In this document: positions 20,300 through 20,682 of the stretch, piece after piece
Numbering within the stretch: position 1 is the stretch's first letter
Layout of the letters: the number at the start of each line of letters is the position of its first letter
Origin: Chiloscyllium plagiosum
Taxonomy: Eukaryota
Assembly (NCBI RefSeq): GCF_004010195.1
Contig: NC_057719.1
Coordinates: forward strand, 119,637-140,318
Direction of reading: 5' to 3'
DNA length: 20,682 bases
The notes under the pieces: model-generated
Database searches by the model: none
What the model was told of the DNA's origin: nothing
Seen by the model: only the letters and a program-made list of their open reading frames with translations
Program-made: the position numbers and the translations under genes

Positions 20300-20682
20300 G
20301 AAACCAAAAGAGAAAATGCTGGAAAATCTCAGCAGATCTGGCAGCACCTGTAAGAAGAGAAAAGAGCTGATGTTTCACGTCTAACTGACCCTTTGTCAAA
20401 GCTTAAAAAATGGGAGAAATAGGGAGGTATTTATACGAGGCTGAGAGAAGGTGAGTCATGGCTCCAGAAGCAAAGGTAGCAATAAAGAGGTGATAATGAC
20501 AGTGCACAGAGAGATTATAGGGAGATTAGGAGCTGTGAATGACCAAGGCTGAAGCCAGTGCTGTGTGACAAAATATGTGGGGGAGGGGGGGAGGGATGAA
20601 GCAGAGGCAAAATGGAAAACAGGGAAGAAGGCTAGCAAAGGGGGAAGAGGAGAGGAAAAAGGTGATGAGAGAGTGGGGAGCG
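20300..20682 (-). mobile_element. Penelope-like retroelement terminal region (runs off window)
   Basis: AAAATGCTGGAAAATCTCAGCAGATCTGGCAGCA...GTTTCACGTC...GACCCTTTGTCA resembles elasmobranch Penelope pseudo-LTR termini, followed by a G/A-rich tract. Confidence 0.7.

Overview
Vertebrate genomic DNA, very probably a cartilaginous fish (shark), inferred from its HE1-like V-SINEs, Deu-SINE-like element, and CR1 and Penelope-like repeats. The window holds nine internal coding exons of ATG2B (autophagy lipid-transfer protein) on the minus strand. They total 1489 nt (about 496 codons), all splice phases are compatible, and the gene extends past both edges. The introns are densely packed with nested retroelements: CR1 and L2 LINEs, several tRNA-derived SINE families, Penelope-like fragments, a TA-flanked MITE and a 69-bp minisatellite. 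Most ORF-track entries are spurious or decayed LINE fragments. Highlights: (1) two of the eight introns need GC donors to keep the frame. (2) One GC donor has a competing GT donor 4 nt downstream. (3) Inverted HE1 SINEs tightly flank a two-exon block which, if back-spliced at that GT donor, would form a 387-nt stop-free circle. (4) A TSD-flanked palindromic Penelope-like hairpin lies inside that block. No new protein-coding system is supported. Family names come from recalled consensus features, not database searches.
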